From positions 49,022 to 113,021 of the forward strand of contig BPIC01000003.1 of the NCBI GenBank assembly GCA_026003895.1: a DNA stretch of 64,000 nt, in the 5' to 3' direction. Made by a program: the position numbers and the translations under genes. The notes below the pieces were generated by a model. It was not told where the DNA came from. It was given only the letters and a program-made list of their open reading frames with translations, and did no database searches. The stretch's first letter is position 1. Each line of letters begins with the position of its first letter. This DNA comes from Dehalococcoidia bacterium. GTDB taxonomy: Bacteria; Chloroflexota; Dehalococcoidia; SpSt-223. Below, in pieces: positions 19,586 to 29,122 of this stretch.

Positions 19586-20293
19586 ATGCTCAGTCCGGCC
19601 AAGCTCACCCAGCGGCTCCCAGTCGCCATCGTCTCGAGCGACCACCGCGCCGTCGACCAACTGCTCCGCGCCCTTCAGCGCTGCGCGGATATCGTGGTGG
19701 TCGGCGTCTATGCCGACTCGTGGCAAGCATCGCGCGGCGGCGGCCCGCTTCAGCCACGGGTCTATATCATCGACATCGAGAAAGGCACCGATCAGCAAGG
19801 CCTCGATATCGGCCTCCAGCTCCGTCGCCGCTCGCCGAACGCCGGCATTGTGCTGCTCACTGCGCAGGGTGACCCGCGCTTTCTCACGTCGCTGCCGCCA
19901 GCGGCGACCCATGGCTGGGCCTACTTGGTCAAGAGTCTGGCGGGGGACAGTCTGACGATGGAGCGTGCGGTCCAAAGCGTCGCTTCGGGCCTCGTGGTCG
20001 TCGATCCCTCCATCGTGGCACGAATGCGGCCAAAACGCGACGGGCTGCTTGCCGCGTTGACCGAGCGCGAGCAGGAGATTCTGTCGCTTGTCGCTCAGGG
20101 GCTCAGTAACGCCGGCATTGCCCAGCGGCTGGTGCTCGCCGAAAAGTCCGTCGAGAACCGGCTGGTGGAGATCTACCGCAAGCTCGAACTCGATGGCGGT
20201 CACGCCGACCACAATCCGCGCGTGCAGGCCGTTCTCCTCTATTTGCAGCATAGCGTGCTCCATCACGACTCGCCCGCTGAGCCGCGTCCGTGA
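19586..20293 (+). CDS. NarL/LuxR-family response regulator
   Basis: Receiver domain (IIDI, LLT, YLVK) and LuxR HTH (LTEREQEILSLVAQGLSNAGIA). Confidence 0.9.
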   Translation: MLSPAKLTQRLPVAIVSSDHRAVDQLLRALQRCADIVVVGVYADSWQASRGGGPLQPRVYIIDIEKGTDQQGLDIGLQLRRRSPNAGIVLLTAQGDPRFLTSLPPAATHGWAYLVKSLAGDSLTMERAVQSVASGLVVVDPSIVARMRPKRDGLLAALTEREQEILSLVAQGLSNAGIAQRLVLAEKSVENRLVEIYRKLELDGGHADHNPRVQAVLLYLQHSVLHHDSPAEPRP

Positions 20294-21462
20294 CCCTCCC
20301 CCTCGATGCGGCAAAGCTCGCTGCTCTCCGCGCGGAACTGCCCGCGACCACCGCAACGATCTATCTCAACGCTGGCACGAACGGTCCCCTGCCGCGCCGC
20401 ACCGTGCACGCCATGGCCGAGTGGAGCGAGTGGGAACTGCACCACGGCCGTGTGGGGCCAGACAGTCTCGCGCGCTTCCTCGAAATCAAAGAGCAGCTCA
20501 AGAGCGCCTTTGCCGCCTTCACCGGTTGCCAGCCCGATCAGATCGCGATCACCGAGAGCACAACCGCCGGCGTAACGGCCGTGCTTGGCGACTTCCGCTT
20601 CACGCCCGATGACGAGATCGTCACGACCGACGGTGAGCACGGCGGCGTGTTGCTACCGCTCTATTTCGTGGAGCGGCGAACGGGCGCCCGCGTCCGCCTC
20701 GCGCCGGTCGGCGCACGTGGCGGCGACATCACCGACGCGATTGCCGCTGAGGTGACGGACCGCACTCGGCTGGTCGTCGTTTCCCACGTTTGTTGGTCGA
20801 CCGGCGCACGCTATGACCTTGCCGCGCTCGCCGCTTGGTGTCGTTCGCGTGACATCCCATTGCTGGTCGATGGTGCCCAGTCGGTCGGCGCCATCCCAGT
20901 CGACTTCACGGCGCTGGACGTCGACTACTACGCCTTTTCGGGTCAGAAATGGCTGCTCGGGCCAAACGGCGTCGGCGGCCTCTTCGTTCACCCGCGCCGG
21001 ATCGCGCCGCGTCAGCCCGCCGCGCCACGCACCCTCACCCGCTATGACGACTCGCTCATCATGCAAGGGACGCGCCGATTTGAAATCGGTGGCAAGGTGA
21101 GCGCCGCCGCGATGGCCGGGGCGCTGGCAGCGGTGCGCTGGCTCCTCGACGATGTGGGCAAGGACTGGATGTTCGAACGCGCCGGCCAGTTGGCGCGGCG
21201 CACCGCCGAGCGACTCCGAGCGATCCCGGGTGTGGAGGTGATCACGCCGCCCGAGATGGGCACGATGGTCTGCTTTCGTATCGGTGACGGCGAACAGCAG
21301 ACCTATCTCGAACGGTGCTTCGCCTCAAACATCCGTGTCCGCATCGTCCCCGAAGGCAGCGCTGCGGTCGGACCGCAGTTTCTTCGGCTCTCGATCGGTT
21401 TCTGGAACAGCGAAGACGATCTCGAGACCGTGGTCGACCTCGTCCGGCGGTTCGCCGGCTGA
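20290..21462 (+). CDS. Aminotransferase class V PLP enzyme (cysteine desulfurase / C-S lyase / epimerase-like)
   Basis: YLNAG, VDGAQSVG and FSGQKWLLGP (PLP lysine) motifs. GTGA overlap with the regulator. Confidence 0.9.
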   Translation: MTLPLDAAKLAALRAELPATTATIYLNAGTNGPLPRRTVHAMAEWSEWELHHGRVGPDSLARFLEIKEQLKSAFAAFTGCQPDQIAITESTTAGVTAVLGDFRFTPDDEIVTTDGEHGGVLLPLYFVERRTGARVRLAPVGARGGDITDAIAAEVTDRTRLVVVSHVCWSTGARYDLAALAAWCRSRDIPLLVDGAQSVGAIPVDFTALDVDYYAFSGQKWLLGPNGVGGLFVHPRRIAPRQPAAPRTLTRYDDSLIMQGTRRFEIGGKVSAAAMAGALAAVRWLLDDVGKDWMFERAGQLARRTAERLRAIPGVEVITPPEMGTMVCFRIGDGEQQTYLERCFASNIRVRIVPEGSAAVGPQFLRLSIGFWNSEDDLETVVDLVRRFAG

Positions 21463-21636
21463 CCACCCGCACCGGCGGCGCCGAATTCGCTGAATCTTCC
21501 TTTATCTGTCTCGGGGACTCGGCGTCCAGCCTCGATTGAGCACGAGGCGCGGCGCACTCCACCGGCTCGCAACGAGGGCACGAGCGAGCGGGAACGCGCG
21601 ATTGGGGTACAACGTCGCCGGATGACGAAGCCGGGA

Positions 21637-23097
21637 CTAGCGCTCGCGTACGCCGCGCAGCGCCTCGCGCACCCCGCCCAGCAGGGTGAAGGTCACGAGA
21701 TAGATCGCCCCGGCGACGACGGCGGCGAGCGGCCAAGCCAAGAACAGCAGAAGGGCGACGAGCACGAGCGCCATCAGGCCGGTAGCAGCGACTGCCGGCA
21801 ACAGCGACCGCACGACAGGCGGCGGACCGACCACGCGGCTAACAAGCCACCAGCCACCGACAAGCACCACGAGTTCCGAACAGACGGTGACCACCGCTGC
21901 GCCACCAAGGCCGAAGCGCGGCGTCACGAGCACGTTGAGCGCGACGTTGAACACTGCCGCCGCCGTCACCAGCCAAAGGTCATCGCGTTGGCGATTGCAG
22001 CCGATCAGCACATTGCGAAACGCGCCACCCAGCACCGTGACAGCAACCGTCGCCATCAGAATGCGGAGCGGAAGCACCGCCGCCTCGTAACCGGGACCAG
22101 CCGTGAGCACCACGGCCTGCTCGGCAAGAACGGCGACACCCACCGCCGCGGGGATGACGATCGCGCCGGTGAGCGCCAGCGAATTGCCGACGAAGCGCGG
22201 CAGCGCAGCCAGATCGTTCGGATAATGGCGGGCCACTGCCGGTAGCAGCGTCATACTGTAGAGCGCCCCGAACCCCAGAAAGAGCAGGACGATCTTGTAC
22301 GCCGCCAAATAGGCGCCGTTCGCCGCGTCGCCAAGCACGAAATAGATGAGCAGAACGTCGAAGTTGTAGCCAAGGATGCGCATCCCCTGCGCCCAAGCGA
22401 AGGGAAGGGCTTGGCGAACAGTGCCAAGCAGCGACTGGCCGATCTGCCCGCCGGCGCGCAGCACCGGCAGCAGGGCGAACAGGACGACGATCCCTTGCGC
22501 GAGGTCGGCGACGGTTTGCACCGCCGGAACTCGCCACGTGTCGGCCGGGCCGCTCACAATCGCCACGCAGCCAACACCAAAAACCAGTTGCCCCACCACT
22601 TGGGCCGCCGCCCAGGGCCGGCGGCGTTCCAAGCCGAGCAGGACCCCCTTCGGCGTTAGCGCATAGGGAATGAACAGCAGACCATAGAGCGCAATCGTCA
22701 GCCTCGCCGCCGGGTCATTGGGGATCGCCGCCGCTAGCGCCACGTAGAGAACCGTTGCCGCCAGCGCTGCCGCCAGCCGAATGGCAATGATCCGGCGAGC
22801 ATAGGCCCCCGCCAACTGCGGCCGGCGGGCGATCTCGCGCGTGGCGAGAAAGTCGAGGCCAAGGTCGACGGCGAGGACGAAATAGGTCGCGAGCGCGGTC
22901 GCAAAGCCGATGAGCCCGAAGCCGGCGACCTCCAGCGTCCGCGCGAGGTAGATCGAGACAACCGCCGCGATCAGCTTGTTGATCAGCTCGCCACTCGCCA
23001 GCGCCGCGAAGCCGCCGAGCACTCGAGAAAACGGGTTCCCGACGTGATGCAGCGGGACCGCGCTCGCAGGCGACGGCGACACGGTCTCGGGTTCCAT
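21637..23097 (-). CDS. Wzx-type flippase
   Basis: About 12-14 TM helices; YLARTL..GFG, DLGLD..ATREIAR and D.LLI..VLG....G.Y patterns. Confidence 0.9.
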   Translation of the reverse strand: MEPETVSPSPASAVPLHHVGNPFSRVLGGFAALASGELINKLIAAVVSIYLARTLEVAGFGLIGFATALATYFVLAVDLGLDFLATREIARRPQLAGAYARRIIAIRLAAALAATVLYVALAAAIPNDPAARLTIALYGLLFIPYALTPKGVLLGLERRRPWAAAQVVGQLVFGVGCVAIVSGPADTWRVPAVQTVADLAQGIVVLFALLPVLRAGGQIGQSLLGTVRQALPFAWAQGMRILGYNFDVLLIYFVLGDAANGAYLAAYKIVLLFLGFGALYSMTLLPAVARHYPNDLAALPRFVGNSLALTGAIVIPAAVGVAVLAEQAVVLTAGPGYEAAVLPLRILMATVAVTVLGGAFRNVLIGCNRQRDDLWLVTAAAVFNVALNVLVTPRFGLGGAAVVTVCSELVVLVGGWWLVSRVVGPPPVVRSLLPAVAATGLMALVLVALLLFLAWPLAAVVAGAIYLVTFTLLGGVREALRGVRER

Positions 23098-23099
23098 CG

Positions 23100-24095
23100 C
23101 TAGCGTCCGGCGCGGACGACGGCGTGGAAGAGCGGCCCAACGACATACAGCGGCCAGCGGAGCGCCGGCCGCTCGACGATCCGATGGTAAATGGCGATCA
23201 AGGCGCGCTCACGCGGCCCGTAGCGCACCAGTTCGGCAGCCGGAATCTGCGGCAGGGTAATCACGTAGTCGGTCGCGCCGGCGCGCTTCAGGATATCGCG
23301 CAGTTCGAAGTACGAGATGGTCCGGATGTTGCGGTAATCGAGGCCGCGCACCAGCTTGACATAGGGGGCCATCAGCCGCCGCGGCAGCCAGCCAACCCCC
23401 CAGACGCGCACGTGCGGTTCCGGCGAAAGCGACAGCCGGTTCGGCGTTGCGAGGAAGAAGCGGCCGCCTGAGGCGAGGGCGCGCAGCGCCTGCTTGACGA
23501 GGCCGACCTGATCGCTGGTGTGCTCGATGACGTCGCTCGCAACCGCGAGATCGAAGCTGCCATCGGGGAAGGGCAAATACTCCCCACAACAGCAGACGAG
23601 CGTGACGTCATCGATGCCGGCCTCCTCCAGCCGCTTTCGGGCCAGCACCAGCCAGCGAAAGGCAATGTCGTTCCCGACGACCGTCCCGAAGCGGCCACGC
23701 GCCGCAATCAAAAAGCCGCCGGTGCCGCAGCCGAATTCGAGAAACCGGTCGCCGGCAATCGGGCCGGTGAGCCGCTCGATCTCCGCCAGCGACGCGATTC
23801 CACGATCGACGCCCCCCAGCACGTGCCGGGTGTACCGTTCGGCCAGATGCGCCGGCGTGTTCGGCGTGATCAGCCAGTAATAACGGACCAGCTCCTCGAA
23901 GGAAAGATCGTTGAACCGTTCGACCAGCCGGCGCGCCTTGGCCCAATCGTCCTCGATCTCGATCCAAGGGTCGGGGAAGACGCGAAAGTCCGGGATGCCG
24001 AGCACGATCGGATAGGTCCGGTCGCAGGCAGCACAGCGATAGGCAACCTCCGACCGGTCGAGCGGTCCTTTGCAGATCGGGCAGACGAACGTCAT
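23100..24095 (-). CDS. Class I SAM methyltransferase with N-terminal Trm112-like Zn finger
   Basis: CPIC...CAAC..YPIVLGIPDF; LEFGCGTGG; LPFPDGSFD. Confidence 0.88.
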   Translation of the reverse strand: MTFVCPICKGPLDRSEVAYRCAACDRTYPIVLGIPDFRVFPDPWIEIEDDWAKARRLVERFNDLSFEELVRYYWLITPNTPAHLAERYTRHVLGGVDRGIASLAEIERLTGPIAGDRFLEFGCGTGGFLIAARGRFGTVVGNDIAFRWLVLARKRLEEAGIDDVTLVCCCGEYLPFPDGSFDLAVASDVIEHTSDQVGLVKQALRALASGGRFFLATPNRLSLSPEPHVRVWGVGWLPRRLMAPYVKLVRGLDYRNIRTISYFELRDILKRAGATDYVITLPQIPAAELVRYGPRERALIAIYHRIVERPALRWPLYVVGPLFHAVVRAGR

Positions 24096-24892
24096 CGATC
24101 TCGCAGCAGCGTCCGGCGAACGCCACGCCCAGCGCGCCGCAGCGCGAGGTAGGCGCCAACCGCTGGAGAGTAGATCGCGCCAGCAAGGAGCGCTGGCGCG
24201 AGATAGGTCGCGTCGATCCGAGGCAAGCGATACCGGTCATCAGCCGGGACGGCGATGCGGAGCTCGGTCGTCACTGCCGCACTGTAATACTCCGCCACCT
24301 GGAAGCGTAGCGCAGCGTTCAACGCGCCGTAGGGATAGGCGAAAAGTCGGCAGGGGGCGCCGGTCGCCGCTTCGATGGCCTGACGGGAGAGCGCCAACTC
24401 GGTTGCGGCGACGTCTGGCGCGACCGTCGGCAGCCACGGGTGCGACACGGAATGCGAACCGAACTCCACTCCCTCGCGCGCGAGGCGGCGCACCTCGCCG
24501 CGCGAGAGCAGCGGCAGTCGCGGCGCCCAGCCCGGCTGACCGGGCCAATCGTTGTCCTTGCCAAGCCGCCCGGTCACGAGGAAGACGGTTGCCGAGAATC
24601 CCGCCTCACGCAGGACCGGCCACGCCTCGGTGGCGAAGTCGGCAAACCCATCGTCGAAGGTGAGCGCGACCACCCGCCGGCCACCAGCACGCCGCCGGCT
24701 CGTGAGCGCCTCGCCCAGCGAGACACCGCGGATGCCCGCCCGCTGGAGCGCCGCGATCTGGCCGCGGAACCGCTCGCGCGTCATCGTGATCGGCGAGGCA
24801 CCCCGGCCGATCGAGTGATAGACGAGGATGGCAAGTGGCCGTATGTGGCCAGCCGGCGGCGGCGCAGGACGGGCGGTGTTCTCTCTCAGCAT
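24092..24892 (-). CDS. Polysaccharide deacetylase (CE4)
   Basis: ILVYH, LTFDDG, GSHSVSH and FAYPYG motifs. Confidence 0.92.
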   Translation of the reverse strand: MLRENTARPAPPPAGHIRPLAILVYHSIGRGASPITMTRERFRGQIAALQRAGIRGVSLGEALTSRRRAGGRRVVALTFDDGFADFATEAWPVLREAGFSATVFLVTGRLGKDNDWPGQPGWAPRLPLLSRGEVRRLAREGVEFGSHSVSHPWLPTVAPDVAATELALSRQAIEAATGAPCRLFAYPYGALNAALRFQVAEYYSAAVTTELRIAVPADDRYRLPRIDATYLAPALLAGAIYSPAVGAYLALRRAGRGVRRTLLRDR

Positions 24893-24898
24893 CAGCCC

Positions 24899-26122
24899 TC
24901 AGGTGGGCAGACCGGCGACGATGGCGTAATACTGCGCGAGGTGCGGCTGGGTCGTCCAGCGTCTCAGCAGCGTGGACCGGCCATTCTCCCCCAACTGGTC
25001 GCGCAGGGCTCGGTCATCCAGCAGCCGCTCCATCACCTCCACCAGTTCCGCTTCCCGGCGATAGACGAAGCCCCCTTCGCTCTCGGCGATCACTTCCGGC
25101 AGTGCGCCCAAATCCCGGACGATCGCCGGCGTCCCGGCCGCGAACGCTTCCAAGATGACGATACCAAACACTTCGTAGCAGACCGACGGAACGATCAGCG
25201 CCGTCGCGCCACGGTAGAGGCGGGCGAGCGTTTCGTGATCCAACCGGCCGAGAAAACGAATCCGTTCGCAGCCCGCCGCTTGGCGGCGCAGCACGTCGCC
25301 ATACTCGCCGTCGCCGGCGACGAGCAGGTCGGCGCGGCCCCACCGCCGAAAGAGCGGAATGAGCGTTTGGAGCCCCTTAATCCGCTCGAGGCGGCCGACG
25401 AAGAGAAAGTAGGGACGGGCGGCCGGCGACGGTTCGGGAAGCGATTCGGGCATCGGGACAAAATAGGGCAAATGCTCGAACGGCCGGCCCGCCAGCCCCC
25501 GCTCGAGGTGCATCCGCATCGTAAATCGGCTCGGCGCGAGAAAGCGATCGACCCGGTCGAGCGCCCGCTTGAGCAAGCCGCCGTAGCGCCAAAGCTGCGG
25601 CGGCCGCTTTCCCCGAATTTGGCAGGCGAGGCAGCTCGGGCGTTCGCACGGCTCGCGTCCGTTTTTCCAAAGAACGTGCATCGGGCAGATCAGCCAGTGC
25701 TCGTGAGTGGTGTAGAGCGTCGGCGCGTCGCCGAGCAGAAGCGCCGCCGGACCAATCAGCGACGTGTTATGAAAATGAATGACATCGGGCTTCGCCTCGA
25801 CAAGCGCCTCCCGAAGCGGGCCGCGCTTCAGCCACGGATGGCCGGTCTGCTGGGTGAGCAGCGGCGACAGCGGGCCGAACGGACTGCGCAGAGTGCGCAC
25901 CCGCACATTGGGGTGGTGTGGCGGACCGGGCGGCGGCTCGCGGCGAGCGAGCAGCCGGTAGGAATCGGCGCAGTGGATCACCTCGACCTGATGGCCGTCG
26001 GCAGCGAGCGCGTTCACCAGCCGGTACAGGTAGGTCGCATCCCCGCCGAAGGAGTACGGCGGATAGAACGTCGTCACCATCGCGAAGCGGCGTGGCGTCG
26101 CCACCCACGCTTCACCGTTCAC
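24899..26122 (-). CDS. Glycosyltransferase family 4
   Basis: PDVIHFHN, GRLERIKG and EVFGIVILEAF motifs. Confidence 0.92.
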   Translation of the reverse strand: MNGEAWVATPRRFAMVTTFYPPYSFGGDATYLYRLVNALAADGHQVEVIHCADSYRLLARREPPPGPPHHPNVRVRTLRSPFGPLSPLLTQQTGHPWLKRGPLREALVEAKPDVIHFHNTSLIGPAALLLGDAPTLYTTHEHWLICPMHVLWKNGREPCERPSCLACQIRGKRPPQLWRYGGLLKRALDRVDRFLAPSRFTMRMHLERGLAGRPFEHLPYFVPMPESLPEPSPAARPYFLFVGRLERIKGLQTLIPLFRRWGRADLLVAGDGEYGDVLRRQAAGCERIRFLGRLDHETLARLYRGATALIVPSVCYEVFGIVILEAFAAGTPAIVRDLGALPEVIAESEGGFVYRREAELVEVMERLLDDRALRDQLGENGRSTLLRRWTTQPHLAQYYAIVAGLPT

Positions 26123-27360
26123 CGCCGCACCTCGTGGAAGACGGCCGCGGCGCGCGCCGCGGCCGCGTCCCAGCGGTAGGCGGCAGCCTGTTCCCGTCCC
26201 CGGGCGCCAATCTCGCGGCGCGTCGCCGCGTCGAACAATGGCCGGACGGCGGCCGCGAGCGCCGCATCATCCCCGGCGGGAAAGACGCGCACCGCCGCGA
26301 TGACCTCGGCGGCGTGACTCCGATCGCTCGCCACCACGGGCGTCGCGCAGGCCGCCGCCTCGACCACCGGCAGCCCGAATCCTTCGGCCAGCGACGGGAG
26401 CACGACCGCCGTTGCGCCGCTGTAGAGTGCCGCGAGGTCACGGTCCGGGACGTAACCAAGCCAGTGCAGCCGCTCGGCAATCCCGAGGGCCTCGGCGAGT
26501 GAACGCAGCCGCAGCGGCTCGGTGTAAAAGCGGTCCCCCTCGACCTCGCCGGCGAGGGCAAGCTGGAGATCGGGCTGATCACCAAGCAACCGGTAGGTGG
26601 CCCGCAAGAGCGTCGGCAGATCCTTGTGCGGGCTGAGGCCACCGACGAACAGGAGGTACGGCGGACGAAGGTCGTATTTCTCCAGGACTGCGCCGACTAC
26701 CTCTTGTGGAGCCGGGCCGAAGACCGGGTCGGGCGCTTCGCCGACGACCGTCACTCGGTGCGCCGGCAACCGAAACTGTTCGCGCAGTTGACGGGCAGCA
26801 AAGGGCGAGACGGTCAACACGCGTCGCGCAGCGTGGATCGCCCACCGGACCTTCAGCGTCCAGAACAGCCGCAAGCGGCGCTGCGGGAAGACGAGCGCCG
26901 GGAGCCGCTCTGGAATGGCGTCGTGGATCGTGACGACCTGAGGCGTCCGGGACACTAGCGGGAAGTACGTCGAGACCGACGGGTAGAAGAACAGATCGAA
27001 ACCTGCCCGCGCGGCGGCGAGCCCACAGCGGAGCAGGTCGAGCGCGGCGCGCCGGCCGGTCGCGGACGCCGCTTCGCCAGCAGCCACCGATGCGTCGACA
27101 CTCAGCAGACGCACGCCAGCCGGCGGGGTGATCTGGACCGCAGTCGGCCGGTCGGCGACCAGCGTCAGGCGCAGATCGTCACGCTCGGCGAGCGCTGTCA
27201 CCAGCCCGCGGGTGAAGCGGCCATAGCCGCGCCGGTTTGGCCAGCAGGCAGCGTCCACGCCGACCTCGAGCAGCGGCAGCGAACCTTCCCGCCGAGCAGC
27301 GACCGTCGTTATTCCACCTTTCTGCTGGAGTCGCCCTCGCCGAACAGGTAGCCCACGCAT
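26119..27360 (-). CDS. Glycosyltransferase family 4 (true start probably ~60-100 nt downstream of 27360)
   Basis: VVTIHD, LLFVG..SPHKD and EGFGLPVVEAAAC motifs. Confidence 0.9.
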   Translation of the reverse strand: MRGLPVRRGRLQQKGGITTVAARREGSLPLLEVGVDAACWPNRRGYGRFTRGLVTALAERDDLRLTLVADRPTAVQITPPAGVRLLSVDASVAAGEAASATGRRAALDLLRCGLAAARAGFDLFFYPSVSTYFPLVSRTPQVVTIHDAIPERLPALVFPQRRLRLFWTLKVRWAIHAARRVLTVSPFAARQLREQFRLPAHRVTVVGEAPDPVFGPAPQEVVGAVLEKYDLRPPYLLFVGGLSPHKDLPTLLRATYRLLGDQPDLQLALAGEVEGDRFYTEPLRLRSLAEALGIAERLHWLGYVPDRDLAALYSGATAVVLPSLAEGFGLPVVEAAACATPVVASDRSHAAEVIAAVRVFPAGDDAALAAAVRPLFDAATRREIGARGREQAAAYRWDAAAARAAAVFHEVRR

Positions 27361-28241
27361 TCGCCGGCGGCCCAGCTCGCGAAAAAGCTGACAAGAATCG
27401 GCGCCGAGAGCAGCAGCTCACGCCGGTGCCGGCCTTTCCGCCAGATACGCGTCAACGTTCGATAGGGCAAGATGACGAGGAGCGCCGGCGCGGCGAGACC
27501 GTAGGCTATCCGCTTCGGCAGCGGCGCACCGCGCAGACGCATCCCGGCAAACGAACGCGCTAGATGAAAGCGCTGACCGAGGAACTCGCGGTAACCGAAC
27601 GACTTGCAGTGATCGATCACGACATCAGATGCCGAGTACAGCCGTGCGCCGGCCTCCCGCAGCCGAGTGTGAAGAAAGGTCTCCCAAAGGCTGGCCTCGA
27701 TCAGGCCGGGTACGGCGTCGAGCGCGGCGCGCCGGTAGGCGGTGTTCATCCCTGGCAGGTCGGGGGTCTCTCCCGAGGGTCGCGGCGCCATGTACTCGCT
27801 ATACTCGGTGAAGAAGGCTGCCCAATCGACGAGCCGGTCGCGCCGACCGTTCTCGACCGCGCCAGCGATCACGTCCCACGGCCCGGAAGCAGCAGCGGCA
27901 AACTGCCGTAACCAGTCCGGGCGTGGTTCGCAGTGGTCCTCGGTCACGATGACCCACTCGCCCCGCGAGGCACGGATGCCGAGGCTTCGCATCTCGGGGA
28001 TCGTCATCGCCGGCGAAACGATCACCACGGTGGTTTCCGGAAACTCGCGCTTGATCCGGCCGCCGACATTGCAGCGGTCGACAACGATCACCTCGGCGCG
28101 ATCACGCTCCGGAATGCGCTCGATAGCGGCGAGGCAGCCAGCGAGCGGCGCATAACCGTTCACCGCCGCGATCACGATCGAAAAGGCTGGCTGGCCAGGT
28201 CGCGCCGCGAGAGCAGCCGCCGGGAGCTCTTGAGTCGTCAT
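27309..28241 (-). CDS. Glycosyltransferase family 2
   Basis: FSIVIA, EVIVVD, GIRASRGEWVIVTEDHC; hydrophobic C-terminus. Confidence 0.85.
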   Translation of the reverse strand: MTTQELPAAALAARPGQPAFSIVIAAVNGYAPLAGCLAAIERIPERDRAEVIVVDRCNVGGRIKREFPETTVVIVSPAMTIPEMRSLGIRASRGEWVIVTEDHCEPRPDWLRQFAAAASGPWDVIAGAVENGRRDRLVDWAAFFTEYSEYMAPRPSGETPDLPGMNTAYRRAALDAVPGLIEASLWETFLHTRLREAGARLYSASDVVIDHCKSFGYREFLGQRFHLARSFAGMRLRGAPLPKRIAYGLAAPALLVILPYRTLTRIWRKGRHRRELLLSAPILVSFFASWAAGECVGYLFGEGDSSRKVE

Positions 28242-28259
28242 CGGCGTCCCTCCTTGGCC

Positions 28260-29099
28260 TCAGGTCTGGCGACAGCTCTCACCGGGGCCAAGAAGATAGC
28301 CGATCGCCTCGCCGAATGCCCACGCTAGCAGAAAGGCGATGGTCCACGGTGCGGCGAGCGCGAAAGCGACTCGCCAGCGCCGCTTCGGCAAGAAAGCGCG
28401 GACAAGCCGGACGAACAGCACGAGGCCAGTCGCGGGGGCGGCGACAGCGCGCCCGAGGCGTTCAATCGGAGCGAGGCGGCCGCGCCGTCGACCGGCGTAA
28501 CAGCGGCCATGGTGGAATCGATCACGCAGGAAGGGAAGCGTTCGCCAACGCCGGCGGTGGACAACGACGAGATCGGGCACGTACGCGACGGCGTGCCCCG
28601 CTGCGACCAGCCGCTCGACGACCTCGTCCTTCCAAAAGGCGCCGCCCGCCTCGAGCAACGCGCGGACGACGATGAGGTTCGTCCCCGCCACGCCCGCTGC
28701 CGAGGAGGCAGGCGGGAGGAACGCGCCGTATTCGGCAAGGAACGCCGCCCACGTCGCCGGCGACCGTCCACCGGCATACTCGACTGGGCCGCTCGCGGCC
28801 GGGGCAACCGCGAGGGCGCGGCGGGCCGCCGCCAGCCAGCCGGTCGACAATTGGCAAGCAGGATCGACGAACGCAACGAAGTCACTCGTTGCTGCCGCGA
28901 GCCCCGCGCCGCGCAGCTCGGCGAGCGTCCGACCGGGCAGCGAAAGGACCCGTACGTTCGGCCGGTCGATCGTCAGCCCGCCGACGCCGTCGGCGATGAC
29001 CGCTTCGACCTCCTCTGGGAGCGAGCGGAGCAGGCGAGCGACATCGTCCTGAGGATAGCACCGTCCGACGACGATGGTGAGCGACTGCATCGCGCTCAC
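28260..29099 (-). CDS. GT2-like protein, paralogue of the adjacent GT2
   Basis: GLAAATSDFVAFVD; shares RFH..R.YAG.R and the C-terminal W..GE..GYL.G pattern with 27309-28241. Confidence 0.78.
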   Translation of the reverse strand: MSAMQSLTIVVGRCYPQDDVARLLRSLPEEVEAVIADGVGGLTIDRPNVRVLSLPGRTLAELRGAGLAAATSDFVAFVDPACQLSTGWLAAARRALAVAPAASGPVEYAGGRSPATWAAFLAEYGAFLPPASSAAGVAGTNLIVVRALLEAGGAFWKDEVVERLVAAGHAVAYVPDLVVVHRRRWRTLPFLRDRFHHGRCYAGRRRGRLAPIERLGRAVAAPATGLVLFVRLVRAFLPKRRWRVAFALAAPWTIAFLLAWAFGEAIGYLLGPGESCRQT

Positions 29100-29122
29100 T
29101 CGTAGCAGAGCGTGGGGGCGGA

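Noticed and set aside
24440-26179. 579-aa plus-strand ORF over GT4/deacetylase
   Set aside because: Antisense shadow with Arg/Ala/Gln-rich composition.
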